In this document: in pieces, positions 9,150 through 19,291 of the stretch
How positions within the stretch are numbered: position 1 is the stretch's first letter
How the letters are laid out: the number at the start of each line of letters is the position of its first letter
Virus record (IMG/VR): IMGVR_UViG_2939020026_000003
Location: 32,001-96,000 of that record
Reading direction: 5' to 3' (one strand)
Length of the DNA: 64,000 nt
Source of the DNA: a virus
Lineage: Duplodnaviria > Caudoviricetes
Translations under genes and position numbers: made by a program
Notes under the pieces: model-generated
Seen by the model: only the letters and a program-made list of their open reading frames with translations
Databases searched by the model: none
What the model was told of the DNA's origin: nothing

Positions 9150-9734
9150 ATGGCTCTCACGTGGCCTGCTTCGCTGCGCCCTTCAGAAATGAGCTGGGGC
9201 ATCGTCAACAACAGCCGGGCGTTCACGTCTTCGCTTTCGAATGCCCAGCAGATCGTTGGCTACCCCGGCGCGTACTGGCAGTGCACGCTGACCTTCGGCC
9301 TGCTCACGCGCGCTCAGGAGCGCGAGCTTTCATCGTTCCTCGGCAGGCTGGACGGCATGTTCGGAACGTTCAACCTGCCGGACTTCACTCGATATCGGAA
9401 AGTGAGTATCGGCGCGCTCAGCGTGGTCAGCGGTTTCGCCCAGGCGCGCAGCATGATCATTGCTGGCGCGCCGGCCAGTTCTCCAGTCTTCAGTGCGGGC
9501 GACTACATCACCATCGCGGGCGAGATGTTCGAGGTCACCGATCCGGTTTCGTCGAACGCCCAAGGCCAGGTCACGGTTCCGCTCAACAAGCGCATCCGGA
9601 AAACGCTCACGGCAGGGGCGGCGGTTGAATACATGAACCCCTACTCGGAAATGCGCATGACCTCTGACACATGGTCGATGACGCGCCGGCCAGTGGTCGC
9701 CAACGGCAGCTATCAATTCAGGGAGGCATTCTGA
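9150..9734 (+). CDS. Distal tail / minor tail protein
   Basis: Directly after the tape measure; AGGAG RBS; ends FREAF. Confidence 0.75.
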   Translation: MALTWPASLRPSEMSWGIVNNSRAFTSSLSNAQQIVGYPGAYWQCTLTFGLLTRAQERELSSFLGRLDGMFGTFNLPDFTRYRKVSIGALSVVSGFAQARSMIIAGAPASSPVFSAGDYITIAGEMFEVTDPVSSNAQGQVTVPLNKRIRKTLTAGAAVEYMNPYSEMRMTSDTWSMTRRPVVANGSYQFREAF

Positions 9735-10336
9735 TGCCCTCAGCTTTCCCTTTCAGCCAGAAGGTGGTGGACATAATCGCTACTGGCAAATTCATGCCGG
9801 TGTACGCCGTGCAGCTGGACTTCGCAGACGGCATGGTGTTCGCCCACACGGGAACCGGTGAGCTGGTTGTCGACGGCATCACCTATGAAGGCGTGGGCAA
9901 TTTTGGCCAGGTCAGCCAGTCGCAGGAGAGCGACAACTCGGGTTCGCCCATGTCGGTGGACCTGACGTTGAGCGGGCTGGACTCCTACATCCTGTCCGAA
10001 ACCAACGTGCGCGGCTGCCGGGGCCGAATGGCTAAGGTCATCTTCGTGGTGTTCGACGAGGCTGGAAATTACGCCGCAGACATCCTGTTTTCCGGGCGGA
10101 TGGACGCCGCCAAGTTCTCGTTCGCAGGCAATGGCCAGGACGGCAACACCATTACCGTACCGGTCATAGACCGCATGGCCGAATGGAGCCGCACCGGCAC
10201 TGAGCGCTGGACGGACGAAAACCACCGCGCCCGGCACCAGGGCGACCGATTCTTCTACGCAATCGCGCAAATGTCCGAATGGCCCATCTACTGGGGGTCT
10301 GCCAAGGATGCGCCGACCTTCACCTACGGAAGTTAG
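9734..10336 (+). CDS. Tail tip hub / minor tail protein
   Basis: TGATG overlap; YEGVGNFG, LTLSGLD, FSGRMD and WG motifs. Confidence 0.75.
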   Translation: MPSAFPFSQKVVDIIATGKFMPVYAVQLDFADGMVFAHTGTGELVVDGITYEGVGNFGQVSQSQESDNSGSPMSVDLTLSGLDSYILSETNVRGCRGRMAKVIFVVFDEAGNYAADILFSGRMDAAKFSFAGNGQDGNTITVPVIDRMAEWSRTGTERWTDENHRARHQGDRFFYAIAQMSEWPIYWGSAKDAPTFTYGS

Positions 10337-10338
10337 AT

Positions 10339-10737
10339 ATGCGCAATCGAGACTGGACCACACGTCTGCACGAAGTAATCAAGGCTGCCCAAGGGCGGCC
10401 TTTTTTGTGGGGCGAATTTGACTGTTGTCTGTTCGCCGCCGACTGCTCGAGCGCCGTGTGCGGTGTGGATCCCGCAGAGCAATACCGGGGCACCTACAAA
10501 ACCGAGGCTGGTGCCAAACGTGCGCTGAAGAAGCGTCACGGCAGCCTGGAAGCTGCATGGGATGCGTGCTTTGTAAGGGTAGCTGTTCCGTTCATCCAGC
10601 GCGGCGATGTCGTGATGTACGAAGCGCCGACAGGTCGAAGCATGGCTGTGTACTGGGCCGGTGATTATTGGGCGACGACCGATGACGGCGTTGCTCGCGT
10701 TGTGTGCGAGCCGCTTGCGGTGTGGAGGGTTGAGTAA
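10339..10737 (+). CDS. NlpC/P60-like tail tip assembly protein
   Basis: PFLWGEFDCCLFAAD and QRGDVV motifs. Confidence 0.8.
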   Translation: MRNRDWTTRLHEVIKAAQGRPFLWGEFDCCLFAADCSSAVCGVDPAEQYRGTYKTEAGAKRALKKRHGSLEAAWDACFVRVAVPFIQRGDVVMYEAPTGRSMAVYWAGDYWATTDDGVARVVCEPLAVWRVE

Positions 10738-13700
10738 TGCCAAGTGGCGTAAAGAAAATTGCTCAGGTCGCCGTCGGTGCTGTCGTTGGCTTCGCTCAAG
10801 GCGGCCCATGGGGCGCTGTTGCTGGTGCAGCACTCGCTTTTTATGCATCTGAGCAACAGGAAAAGCTCAACACCAAATCCCCACTCCGCGACAACGAGCC
10901 CTCCGCACAGACCGTGCGCTCATCGAAAGCCCCAGTCCGTTTCATCCTTGGCCGTGTTTCCACTGGTGGCGTGCTGGTCTGGGCTCAGGAGCAATCCGGG
11001 ACCGCAACCGAGGGCGAGCTGCTGCACCTTGTCTACGTGCTGTGTGAAGGCGCGATCGATGGCTTGGAGAATATTTACTTGGGAGAGGAAGAAATCGGCT
11101 CGTTCGGTGAGTTCGCCAGCTATGAGCTGATCGTCAATCCGACAGAGGTGAACGCATTCCTCAAGGCCAACTGCCCAGATTGGAAGGACAGCCAGATCGG
11201 GCGTGGCCTGTCGTTCGTGCGCATAACCCTGAAGTACAGCGCCGAGAAGTTCCCTTCTGGCATCCCTGACACCCGCTTTGTGGTCCGTGGCCGGAATGAC
11301 ATTTACGACCCGCGCACCGGCAACAACATCTACACCGCCAATACCGCACTGCACATCCTCTGGTTTCTGCGTAACCGCTGCAACGTGCCGGACGACGAGA
11401 TCATTTTCGAGACATTCGCCAGTGCAGCAAACGTCTGCGATGAAACGCTGACCAATGCCGACGGTTCTGTCAGCCAGCGCTACCGTACCTCCTGCGTGAT
11501 TGGTGCTGACGAGCAGCGCCCGGGCGTGCTGCAGAAGCTGGAAGCGTCATGCGCGGGCAAGCTGATCCGCGTCGGCGGCCGCTGGATGCTCCAGGCCGGG
11601 GCCTACTACGGCCCGTATGACTTCGAAATCACCGAAGACATGATCATCGGCACTGTATCCGGCAGCACCGAGTCGACCAACGATTCCGCAATCAACACGG
11701 TGCGCGGCACGTTCATTGATCCTGAGCAGTCGTGGACCGAGACGGATTACCCAGAGGTCAGCGTTTCTGAATGGATCCTTGAGGACGGTGGCGAAGCTGC
11801 AGAGACGATGACGTTCTCGTATGTGACCGACGCTTATCAGCCGCAGCGCCTAGCGAACATCTCCTTGCGCCAGCGCCGGGCTGGCGGGGCAATCAGCCTG
11901 CCGATGAACTTCTCGGGCTACAACTGCCGGCCTGGCCGCGTCGTGCGCGTGAACCTGCCATCACTGAACATCCTTGGCGAGTTCATCGTCTCTGATTGGT
12001 CGATGGGTGACAACGAAGGCTGCACGGTTCAGGTCAAGCAATACGAGGCGGCAATCTTCGATGACGCCGTGGGCCAGCCTTACAACCCGCTGGGATTCAT
12101 CAGCCTGCCAAGCGGCGGACTTGGGTCGCCCACCGGGCTTGCGTGGGCAGCTGGCGATGCTGCCGAGGTGGTGCAGGGCGTGCTGTCTTGGGTTCCACCG
12201 CAGGGTATCGTCACCTCGTATGTGGTAACGGTCCGCCAAGGAGGCGGTGTCGCGCAGTCACGCTCGGTGCCCGCGACGGCCAACACGCTTGCCATCAACG
12301 GATTGGCGTCGGGCACATACACAATGAGTGTGGCTGCTCTGGGGCCTATGGCTCGTTCCGGAGAGTCCTCTATATCGGTGAGCATTCAGGGGCCGCCTAT
12401 ACCTGAATCCTGCGTCGTGCAGTCCTCGATTGACAGCATTGTGCTGATCCCGCAGAACCCGAACCACGGCTTGAATGGAGGGACCTACGAGTACTTTTTC
12501 AGCACCAACCCAAATTCAACATCGGGCACGGCGCAGTACCTGGGGCAGGGCCTGTCGTTCACTCACAACGATTTGGCGTTTTACACAAACTATTACTACT
12601 TCATCCGCTCGACCAACGCATACGGGAAGAGCGCCTTCCTTTATGTGCCCGCGGCGACTTCAAACGATGTTTCGGCTTATCTGGCTGCCCTCGGTGGGAA
12701 GATCGGCAAGACCGAGCTTGCGCAGAACCTGCTTTCAGAGATTGAGCTGATCAGTGGCGACGGACCTGGATCAGTCAATGAGCGCCTTGGAGAACTGAAG
12801 GCCGAGATCGGAGAAATCACCGACGCTCTGGTCTACGTGCCCACCGATGCCTACATGCGCGACAACACTGTGCGCGTGGGTGACAACCTTTGGACGGCCA
12901 TTGCGGCAGTGCCCGCGAAGGCCGACGGGTCCAACGGTCCGCCGAACCCGGCGTACTGGGTGAACTCTGGGCAATCGATCCGGGCAGCCAACGCCGCGGT
13001 GGCGCAGATTACGAAGAACACCGCCGATATCGAGACGGTGGACGGCAAGACCAGCGTTACCGCCAGCCAGCTCCAGGCGGTGCAGGCTCAATACCGCGCT
13101 GACAGCGGGGAGGGTGATCTGCTCGACGCAATTCGTGGCTGGGATAGCGCGGCCAGCGCAGCACAGGAAGTGAAGGTCAGGGCCGAAGAGGACTTTGCTC
13201 AGGCGCAGCGCACGACGACTCTTCAGGCGCGGGTAGGCACCAACGAAGCAAGGATTACTACAGTTGAAACGACTACCGCCACGGATAGAGAGACGACGGC
13301 TCAGCAGATATCTACGCTTACAGCGTCTGTAGGCACGAACCAGGCGGCCATTCAGTCCGAGGCTACCGCTAGGGCTAACGCAGACGGCGCGCTGACCACG
13401 CGAGTAGATGGGATTCAGTCGACGGCAAACGGCGCATCTGCTCAAGCTCAAACAGCAAGCACTGCCGTATCTGGGCTGAACGGAAAGGTATCCGCGCTCA
13501 CAACCATAAAAACGTCCACTACCGTGGGCGGAAGAACGGTTATGGCTGGCCTCGCTATCGGCGTTGAAGGACAGCAGCAGGAGTCGCAAATTCTGGCGTA
13601 TGCCCAGCGCTTCGCAATTCTTGATGAGTCGAGCGGTACCCTAATTTTTCCGTTCGTTGTTCAGGGAGGGAAGGTAATTATTGATTCGGCCATTATTGGG

Positions 13701-13916
13701 AATGCATCCATTGGTGTTGCCCAGCTTACGCAGAGCCTTCAGTCCAGCAATTACATCGCAGGCCAGCAAGGACTAAAGATCAATTTCTTGACGGGAGAAT
13801 TCGAGTTCAATAGTGCAACTGGTGACGGCGGCCGACAAACCATAAACAACGCCGGGGGCAAGGTCTTTGACCAAAACGGCGTGAAGCGCTACCAGTGGGG
13901 GAACCTGGCTGTATGA
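10737..13916 (+). CDS. Tail tip / central fibre protein (gpJ-like; FN3, coiled-coil, DUF1983-like C-terminus)
   Basis: 1059 aa; IYDPRTG, INTVRGTFIDP, FN3-like segments, PFVVQGGKVII and LQSSNY motifs. Confidence 0.93.
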   Translation: MPSGVKKIAQVAVGAVVGFAQGGPWGAVAGAALAFYASEQQEKLNTKSPLRDNEPSAQTVRSSKAPVRFILGRVSTGGVLVWAQEQSGTATEGELLHLVYVLCEGAIDGLENIYLGEEEIGSFGEFASYELIVNPTEVNAFLKANCPDWKDSQIGRGLSFVRITLKYSAEKFPSGIPDTRFVVRGRNDIYDPRTGNNIYTANTALHILWFLRNRCNVPDDEIIFETFASAANVCDETLTNADGSVSQRYRTSCVIGADEQRPGVLQKLEASCAGKLIRVGGRWMLQAGAYYGPYDFEITEDMIIGTVSGSTESTNDSAINTVRGTFIDPEQSWTETDYPEVSVSEWILEDGGEAAETMTFSYVTDAYQPQRLANISLRQRRAGGAISLPMNFSGYNCRPGRVVRVNLPSLNILGEFIVSDWSMGDNEGCTVQVKQYEAAIFDDAVGQPYNPLGFISLPSGGLGSPTGLAWAAGDAAEVVQGVLSWVPPQGIVTSYVVTVRQGGGVAQSRSVPATANTLAINGLASGTYTMSVAALGPMARSGESSISVSIQGPPIPESCVVQSSIDSIVLIPQNPNHGLNGGTYEYFFSTNPNSTSGTAQYLGQGLSFTHNDLAFYTNYYYFIRSTNAYGKSAFLYVPAATSNDVSAYLAALGGKIGKTELAQNLLSEIELISGDGPGSVNERLGELKAEIGEITDALVYVPTDAYMRDNTVRVGDNLWTAIAAVPAKADGSNGPPNPAYWVNSGQSIRAANAAVAQITKNTADIETVDGKTSVTASQLQAVQAQYRADSGEGDLLDAIRGWDSAASAAQEVKVRAEEDFAQAQRTTTLQARVGTNEARITTVETTTATDRETTAQQISTLTASVGTNQAAIQSEATARANADGALTTRVDGIQSTANGASAQAQTASTAVSGLNGKVSALTTIKTSTTVGGRTVMAGLAIGVEGQQQESQILAYAQRFAILDESSGTLIFPFVVQGGKVIIDSAIIGNASIGVAQLTQSLQSSNYIAGQQGLKINFLTGEFEFNSATGDGGRQTINNAGGKVFDQNGVKRYQWGNLAV

Positions 13917-14281
13917 GTTACGGATCCAGAGATTGGGACGAAAACGGGAACTTGGTTAGGGATACGACCACGTTCACTTATCAGGTGATTTGGCAGGGGG
14001 CTATTGATTTCAGTGATACCTCCGGATCAACGGCAAAGGTAATCACGCTAAGCATCCCTGGCTTTGATCCGGCGAACTGCGTCTTCATGGTCATCCCCAC
14101 AAGGGCGCAGGACATTCAGTCAGCTGAAGGCGATACCCTCGGAAACATTAAGTCCTACCCCTACGTGACCACATCGGCTGGCCAGGTAGTTCTTAGGTCA
14201 GCCAACCCGTCAGCCAATCTCGGCAACACCAACCAGACGCGCATTGTCGCGAAAGGCTTCGCGGTGAGGTTCAAAACATGA
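13913..14281 (+). CDS. Tail-associated protein
   Basis: ATGA overlap with J; MSYG...WDENG start typical of post-J genes. Confidence 0.7.
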   Translation: MSYGSRDWDENGNLVRDTTTFTYQVIWQGAIDFSDTSGSTAKVITLSIPGFDPANCVFMVIPTRAQDIQSAEGDTLGNIKSYPYVTTSAGQVVLRSANPSANLGNTNQTRIVAKGFAVRFKT

Positions 14282-14940
14282 GCTTTGGTGTTATCAGCAT
14301 AAATGACAGCTCTTTCGTTCAGATTGATTCGGAAACACCTCGGCTTTGCGTGCTCACGAAGGGTAGCTATTCCGGCACTACAGACGCCAGCGTAACTTTT
14401 CCGCGCGCGGTAACAAGCGCTGATCCGCCGCTGGTGTTCATCAGGCCTGATCAAAACGGCATCGTTCAGGTACCGATATCGGTTTGGTTCGCGGGCGGGC
14501 CGGGGAACTGGACAGGCTTCTCAATGAAGGCTTCAAACGTCCAGAGCACGCTGAGCGGCCAATACTTCATTGCTGCATGGGCATCAATGGGTACGGCATT
14601 GTTTGGTGCGCGAATATGGGGCCCGGGAAGCGAGCTCGTATATGACAGCGGGGCACCGCCAGTTGTCGTTACGTTTGCAGCTGGCAATTGGACGTACGTA
14701 GGTAGCGAACAGCTTAGCGTTGGGCGGCGTTATAAGTGGAGCATCGACAAGCTTCTGGGGAGCGGTGAGTTTATATCCATAAACTCTTTTGCTATGCATT
14801 GCCACAATGGCGCAAATGGCGGTAGTTGTGGAATAGCAGTGGATTATGCGAACTCTAAAATTATGCTTTATAGCCTCGCAACTACGGCATGGACAGATCA
14901 AGGTCACCGTCCGTTTCTCTGCGCAAAACTAACCGCCTGA
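14278..14940 (+). CDS. Tail-associated protein
   Basis: ATGA overlap; two internal FG...DS repeats. Confidence 0.7.
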   Translation: MSFGVISINDSSFVQIDSETPRLCVLTKGSYSGTTDASVTFPRAVTSADPPLVFIRPDQNGIVQVPISVWFAGGPGNWTGFSMKASNVQSTLSGQYFIAAWASMGTALFGARIWGPGSELVYDSGAPPVVVTFAAGNWTYVGSEQLSVGRRYKWSIDKLLGSGEFISINSFAMHCHNGANGGSCGIAVDYANSKIMLYSLATTAWTDQGHRPFLCAKLTA

Positions 14941-14969
14941 ATCAAGGCGTTTTAAATTAGGAGTTTTAA

Positions 14970-16508
14970 ATGCCTTGGCATAAAGCTGGGACGGTTTCCG
15001 TTACCCAAAATTCGAACGCCGTTATCGGCACCAATACTGCTTTCATCGCAAACATTCGGGTTGGCGATGGTTTCCGGGGGCCAGACGGCGGGTGGTATGA
15101 AGTAACGAATGTTGCCAGCGACACGGCCATTTCGATCTCGCCAAACTATCAGGGCGCAACCAGCGGCGCTGGCGGTTACGCTATCGCGCCACTCCAGGGC
15201 TACGTCAAGGAATCCGCGGACCGGCTGCGCGCTCTTGTATTGCAATATGGCGACAAGCTCGCAGCGCTGGGAACGACTGGCAACTACGACATATTGCCGG
15301 TGGCGAAGGGCGGGACGGGCGCAAATAGCGCCGACAATGCTGTCTCCAGCCTTGGTTTTATGGCAGGCACCATGTACCCGAAGTTCGGCGGCGCAGGGTT
15401 CGCTGCTTCTGTGGGCGGTTACAACCTGCAAGGCGGTTACATTGGCTGGAACACAGGCGGCACTTCAATCTCAGGCGCGATGAATTTTATTTGCAATAGG
15501 GGCAACGGTTCAGGTGGTTTTACTTGGAGTTCTGTAAACGGGGATAATACTCAGCAAGGCCCAGCGATGACACTGACCTATAGCGGGGCTTTGTCCGTAC
15601 CTACTTCGTTATCCGTCCCAGTTGCTACAGTTAGCACTTCTATTACTGCTCCGCTTGCTACAATTACAAACATAACCGCGACTAGTTTGTCAGTTTCTAA
15701 AATTGATAACCTAGCTAATTTAACTTCGCCGATAACTATTAGTCCGACTTCTTCTAACGGATCACAATTCGGTTCGTCTCTAATAATTCGTGGCGCACCA
15801 TTAGTAAACAGTTGGGCGAGAACTGATTTAATTAATACGCAAGTATCAGGAAGTTTTATTACGTACTTAGATTCTACGGGACTTGCGGCTTTACGCAATG
15901 AGGCAGGAGGGGCAATTGAGTTTTGGACTGGCGGGACGCGGCGTTTATTTATCGGCGCAGGCGGCGTAACCCAACCCGGTCAAGATGCGGCTTACTCGGT
16001 AGGTAGCGCGTCTCTTCGATACACCACTGCATTCTTGTCTTCCGGCGCTATCAGCACTTCAGACGCTCGCGAGAAAACACCTGTTCGAGGGATGTCCGAA
16101 AGCGAGATCGCAGCGGCAAAGGATCTGGCCAAGGAAATCGGCTTTTACCAGTTCCTCAGCGCTGTAGAGGAAAAGGGCGCGGACGCCCGTCAGCATTGCG
16201 GTATGACGGTACAGCGAGCCATTGAGGTAATGCGGTCGCATGGCCTTGAGCCAATGAATTACTCGTTCATCTGCCATAACGAATGGGAGCAAGAGACCAG
16301 GGAGCACCCTGCACAGTACGAGCAGACGCCCGTTTTTGACGCCGAGTCAGGTGAGACGACTTACGAAAAAGGTGACTTGAAGTCTGAGGCGTGGACTGAG
16401 GTACTTATTGAGAAGGGCGACCGATACTCGTTCCGGTCTGATGGCTTACTTACCTTCATTGCATCAGGTTTCGAAGCGCGGCTTGCAGCGCTTGAAGCAA
16501 AAGTCTGA
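14970..16508 (+). CDS. Tail fibre with C-terminal intramolecular chaperone (S74-like)
   Basis: MPWHKAGTVSVT start, LPVAKGGTGA motif, TSDAREKT cleavage motif, C-terminal coiled coil. Confidence 0.9.
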   Translation: MPWHKAGTVSVTQNSNAVIGTNTAFIANIRVGDGFRGPDGGWYEVTNVASDTAISISPNYQGATSGAGGYAIAPLQGYVKESADRLRALVLQYGDKLAALGTTGNYDILPVAKGGTGANSADNAVSSLGFMAGTMYPKFGGAGFAASVGGYNLQGGYIGWNTGGTSISGAMNFICNRGNGSGGFTWSSVNGDNTQQGPAMTLTYSGALSVPTSLSVPVATVSTSITAPLATITNITATSLSVSKIDNLANLTSPITISPTSSNGSQFGSSLIIRGAPLVNSWARTDLINTQVSGSFITYLDSTGLAALRNEAGGAIEFWTGGTRRLFIGAGGVTQPGQDAAYSVGSASLRYTTAFLSSGAISTSDAREKTPVRGMSESEIAAAKDLAKEIGFYQFLSAVEEKGADARQHCGMTVQRAIEVMRSHGLEPMNYSFICHNEWEQETREHPAQYEQTPVFDAESGETTYEKGDLKSEAWTEVLIEKGDRYSFRSDGLLTFIASGFEARLAALEAKV

Positions 16509-16524
16509 GCAACCTGACACACAG

Positions 16525-16552
16525 AACCCCGCTATCAAGCGGGTATTTTTTT
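16525..16552 (+). terminator. Intrinsic terminator
   Basis: CCCGC-tatcaa-GCGGG then TATTTTTTT. Confidence 0.7.
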
Positions 16553-16567
16553 GCCTGGAGAAACCAC

Positions 16568-17101
16568 ATGCCGATCACCACGCAGCAGCTACTGCAGATC
16601 CTCCCTAACGCCGGCCAGAAAGCCGGCGTTTTTGCACCTGTCCTGAATACGGCTATGAGCAGGTACCAGATCGTGACGCCGTTGCGCATCGCGGCATTCA
16701 TCGCCCAGGTCGGTCACGAGTCCGGCCAGCTGCGCTACGTCCGCGAGATTTGGGGGCCGACTCCGCAACAACTGGGATACGAGGGGCGCAAAGACCTGGG
16801 CAATACCGTGCCTGGCGATGGCTCCAAGTACCGTGGGCGCGGCCTGATCCAGATCACCGGTCGGGCAAACTATGCCGAGTGCGCCGAAGCGCTGGGCCTG
16901 GATCTGATCAACCATCCCGAATTGCTCGAGCTGGCGCAGCACGCCGCAATGTCGGCGGCGTGGTTCTGGCACCGGGCCGCGCTCAACACACTGGCCGACA
17001 AGCGCGAGTTCGTGACCATCACCAAACGTATCAACGGCGGCACGAACGGTCTGGCTGATCGGCAGGCGCTTTATGCGCGGGCGCTTGAGGTGCTGGCGTG
17101 A
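16568..17101 (+). CDS. Endolysin, glycoside hydrolase family 19
   Basis: FIAQVGHES, YRGRGLIQITGRANY and INGGTNGLADR motifs. Confidence 0.96.
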   Translation: MPITTQQLLQILPNAGQKAGVFAPVLNTAMSRYQIVTPLRIAAFIAQVGHESGQLRYVREIWGPTPQQLGYEGRKDLGNTVPGDGSKYRGRGLIQITGRANYAECAEALGLDLINHPELLELAQHAAMSAAWFWHRAALNTLADKREFVTITKRINGGTNGLADRQALYARALEVLA

Positions 17102-17613
17102 AGGTCCTGCCGTGGAAGGCAGTCGGCCTGCTTCTGATCCTGCTGGCGCTGGGCGGTGCGTTGTACGGGGCATACCGGCACGGTGTGACCGTCACCGATC
17201 TGGCCTGGAAGGCGAAGTGGGCCAAGGAAGTCAGCGCCCAATCCGAAGCGGTGGCCACCACAACTACCGAGTACCGAACCGAAGAACAACGCCGCCAGAA
17301 AGCGGCCAACCAGGTGGCAAACGATGCAAGACAAGAACAGACCGCTGCGCTTACTGATGCTGCTGTCGCTGACGCTGCTGGCGACCGGCTGCGCGTCGAG
17401 GCCGGAAAGCTGGCAGCCGCCTCCAGTTGCGCCCCCGTCGATACCGGCGCTGCCCAGCGAGGCAAAGCAGCCAACCGCGCCGCCATGGTGCTCTCCGAGC
17501 TGCTCAGCAGGTCTGACGCGCGAGCGGGAGAACTCGCTAAATATGCTGACTCAGCCCGAATAGCTGGTCTTGCCTGTGAGCGCTCCTACAACTCCCTGAT
17601 TACCCCTGAGTAA
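17098..17613 (+). CDS. Rz: i-spanin (Rz-like, DUF2514-type)
   Basis: N-terminal TM helix, coiled coil, AGLACERSY C-terminus, directly after the endolysin. Confidence 0.88.
   Translation: MKVLPWKAVGLLLILLALGGALYGAYRHGVTVTDLAWKAKWAKEVSAQSEAVATTTTEYRTEEQRRQKAANQVANDARQEQTAALTDAAVADAAGDRLRVEAGKLAAASSCAPVDTGAAQRGKAANRAAMVLSELLSRSDARAGELAKYADSARIAGLACERSYNSLITPE
17324..17563 (+). CDS. Rz1: o-spanin lipoprotein (Rz1-like), fully nested in Rz
   Basis: +1 frame inside Rz; lipobox LLATG-C; Pro-rich mature part. Confidence 0.88.
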   Translation: MQDKNRPLRLLMLLSLTLLATGCASRPESWQPPPVAPPSIPALPSEAKQPTAPPWCSPSCSAGLTRERENSLNMLTQPE

Positions 17614-17625
17614 CGGAACAATAAA

Positions 17626-17838
17626 ATGGCGACGACCCAGCTGATTCAGAAATACATGGGCCAGACGATGCTGATCGTCAAGGCGAACGGCGGCAGCGTG
17701 ACAGTCGAGAAAAAGGCGGGCGGTAGCTGGGTGGTGACTGACACCTTTACCAGCGACGGCGGCTACCTTCTGCAATTAGGTAACTCCGAGACCCGAATCA
17801 CCCCGACTGCCGGTGCTTACTTTGAGGTGACGCGATGA
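17626..17838 (+). CDS. Small hypothetical phage protein
   Basis: 70 aa, beta-rich, ATGA overlap with the SGNH gene. Confidence 0.7.
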   Translation: MATTQLIQKYMGQTMLIVKANGGSVTVEKKAGGSWVVTDTFTSDGGYLLQLGNSETRITPTAGAYFEVTR

Positions 17839-19078
17839 GCCTTCTGGTCAATCAGGCTCCGCGCCGCCAGCCGATCCGGCGTGGGCTCGGGCTATTGGGC
17901 GATAGCTTCTCGGGCAACTGCCACACCATCGGCGCGACCGTGTATGGAACCGAGGTCTACGGCTACGCGGCCTGGATCGCGGCGCGTACCGGCCTGTTCC
18001 CGAGCTACGTCGACAACCAAGGTAAGGTCGGCGACCACACCGGTCAGTTCCTGGCGCGTCTGCCGGCCTGCATTGCCTCGTCCACTGCCGATCTGTGGAT
18101 GCTGCTGTCCCGCACCAACGACAGCACCACGGCAGGTATGAGCCTGGCCGACACAAAAGCCAACGTGATGAAGATCGTCACCGCGTTCCTGAACACTCCG
18201 GGCAAGTACCTGATCGTCGGCACCGGAACTCCGCGATTCGGCAGCAAGGCGCTGACTGGTCAGGTTCTGGCCGATGCCATTGCGTACAAAGACTGGGTAT
18301 TGAGCTACGTCAGCCAGTTCGTGCCGATCGTGAACATCTGGGACGGCTTTACCGAGGCAATGACCGTGGAAGGCCTGCACCCTAATATTCTGGGTGCCGA
18401 CTTCATCAGTTCGCGGGTGGTGCCGATCATCACCGCCAACTTCGAATTCCCCGGCATCCCGCTGCCAACTGACGCTGGCGACATTTACTCGGCCATTCGC
18501 CCGTTCGGCTGCCTCAATGCCAACCCGCTGCTGGCGGGCACTGGCGGTACGCTCCCAGCTGGTGTGAACGCCGTGGCCGGTTCTGTTCTGGCGGACAGCT
18601 ACAAGGCAGTGGGCTCTGGCCTGACCGGCATCACGACTCGCTGGTACAAGGAGCCGTCGCCTATGGCGAGGCGCAGTGCATTGAGCTGGGAGGGACCCTT
18701 GCGGCGGCGGGCGGTTACATTTATGTACAGCCCACCGCCAACGTCACCACGACAAACCTGGCAGCCGGCGACGTTATTGAAATGGTGTGTGCCGTTGAAA
18801 TCGCCGGATCTTCACGCGGCATACTTGGCTGGGAAGCCGAGCTGACATTCACCAAGCCTGTCAGCGGCACGTCCACCACGATCTACTATCGATCAATGGA
18901 CAAGTATCAGGAGCCGTTTACGCTTCCCGCCAGTTTCTCCGGGGAGCTGGAAACGCAGCGCGGCACGATAGACATGACTGAAACCGTGATCACCTCGCGC
19001 ATGGGCCTGTACCTGGCTGCCGGTGTGGCGCAGAACTCAGCGGTCAAGGTGTCCCAGTTCGGCATCCGCAACGTGTGA
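17835..19078 (+). pseudogene. SGNH/GDSL hydrolase with a frameshift near 18657
   Basis: LLGDSF, RTND and EGLHPN motifs; after WYKEP the coherent reading (AYGEAQCIEL...) continues in the frame of ORF 18782-19078. Confidence 0.8.
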
Positions 19079-19086
19079 TTTGATCG

Positions 19087-19106
19087 TGGGGGAATTTTGG
19101 GGGAAT
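19087..19106 (+). repeat. Tandem TGGGGGAAT repeat, candidate integrase arm sites (prophage side)
   Basis: Copies at 19087-19095 and 19098-19106, about 100 bp before the tRNA fragment. Confidence 0.55.
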
Positions 19107-19209
19107 GGATCCCCCGAATGATGTGGAATCCTGTTGTGTCATGTGGCGCTAAAAACCCCTGTTTTGCTGGGGTGTGATGGTTTTTGGTTTGTGAAGATTA
19201 GGGGCGAAA

Positions 19210-19272
19210 ACGGATTCGAAATCCGTTGTACCTTCACCGGTACCTAGGGTTCGAATCCCTATCTCTCCGCCA
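19210..19272 (+). pseudogene. 3' fragment of tRNA-Ser(CGA): att site (prophage attR)
   Basis: ACGGA-TTCGAAA-TCCGT anticodon arm, long variable arm, GGTTCGAATCC T-arm, CCA end; no D-arm or 5' acceptor strand. Confidence 0.92.
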
Positions 19273-19291
19273 TACGTTTAAAGCCTTTGTA

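Larger units (their letters stand above)
1..19272 (+). mobile_element. Prophage (siphovirus-like), right part: tail and lysis region ending at a tRNA-Ser att site
   Basis: Co-oriented head-tail, tail tube, chaperone, tape measure, tail tip, fibre, endolysin and spanin genes, followed by a partial tRNA copy. Confidence 0.95.

Noticed and set aside
13020-13500. Diversity-generating retroelement or invertible segment for the tail genes
   Set aside because: No reverse transcriptase, invertase or near-identical DNA repeat seen; the similarity to 1238-2095 is only at diverged protein level.
372-18385. Numerous overlapping ORFs across the prophage
   Set aside because: Shadow frames of GC-rich genes with no RBS or motif; only the nested Rz1 and gpT frames were kept.
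19210-19272. Functional tRNA-Ser gene
   Set aside because: The upstream sequence lacks the 5' acceptor strand and D-arm; it is an att fragment.
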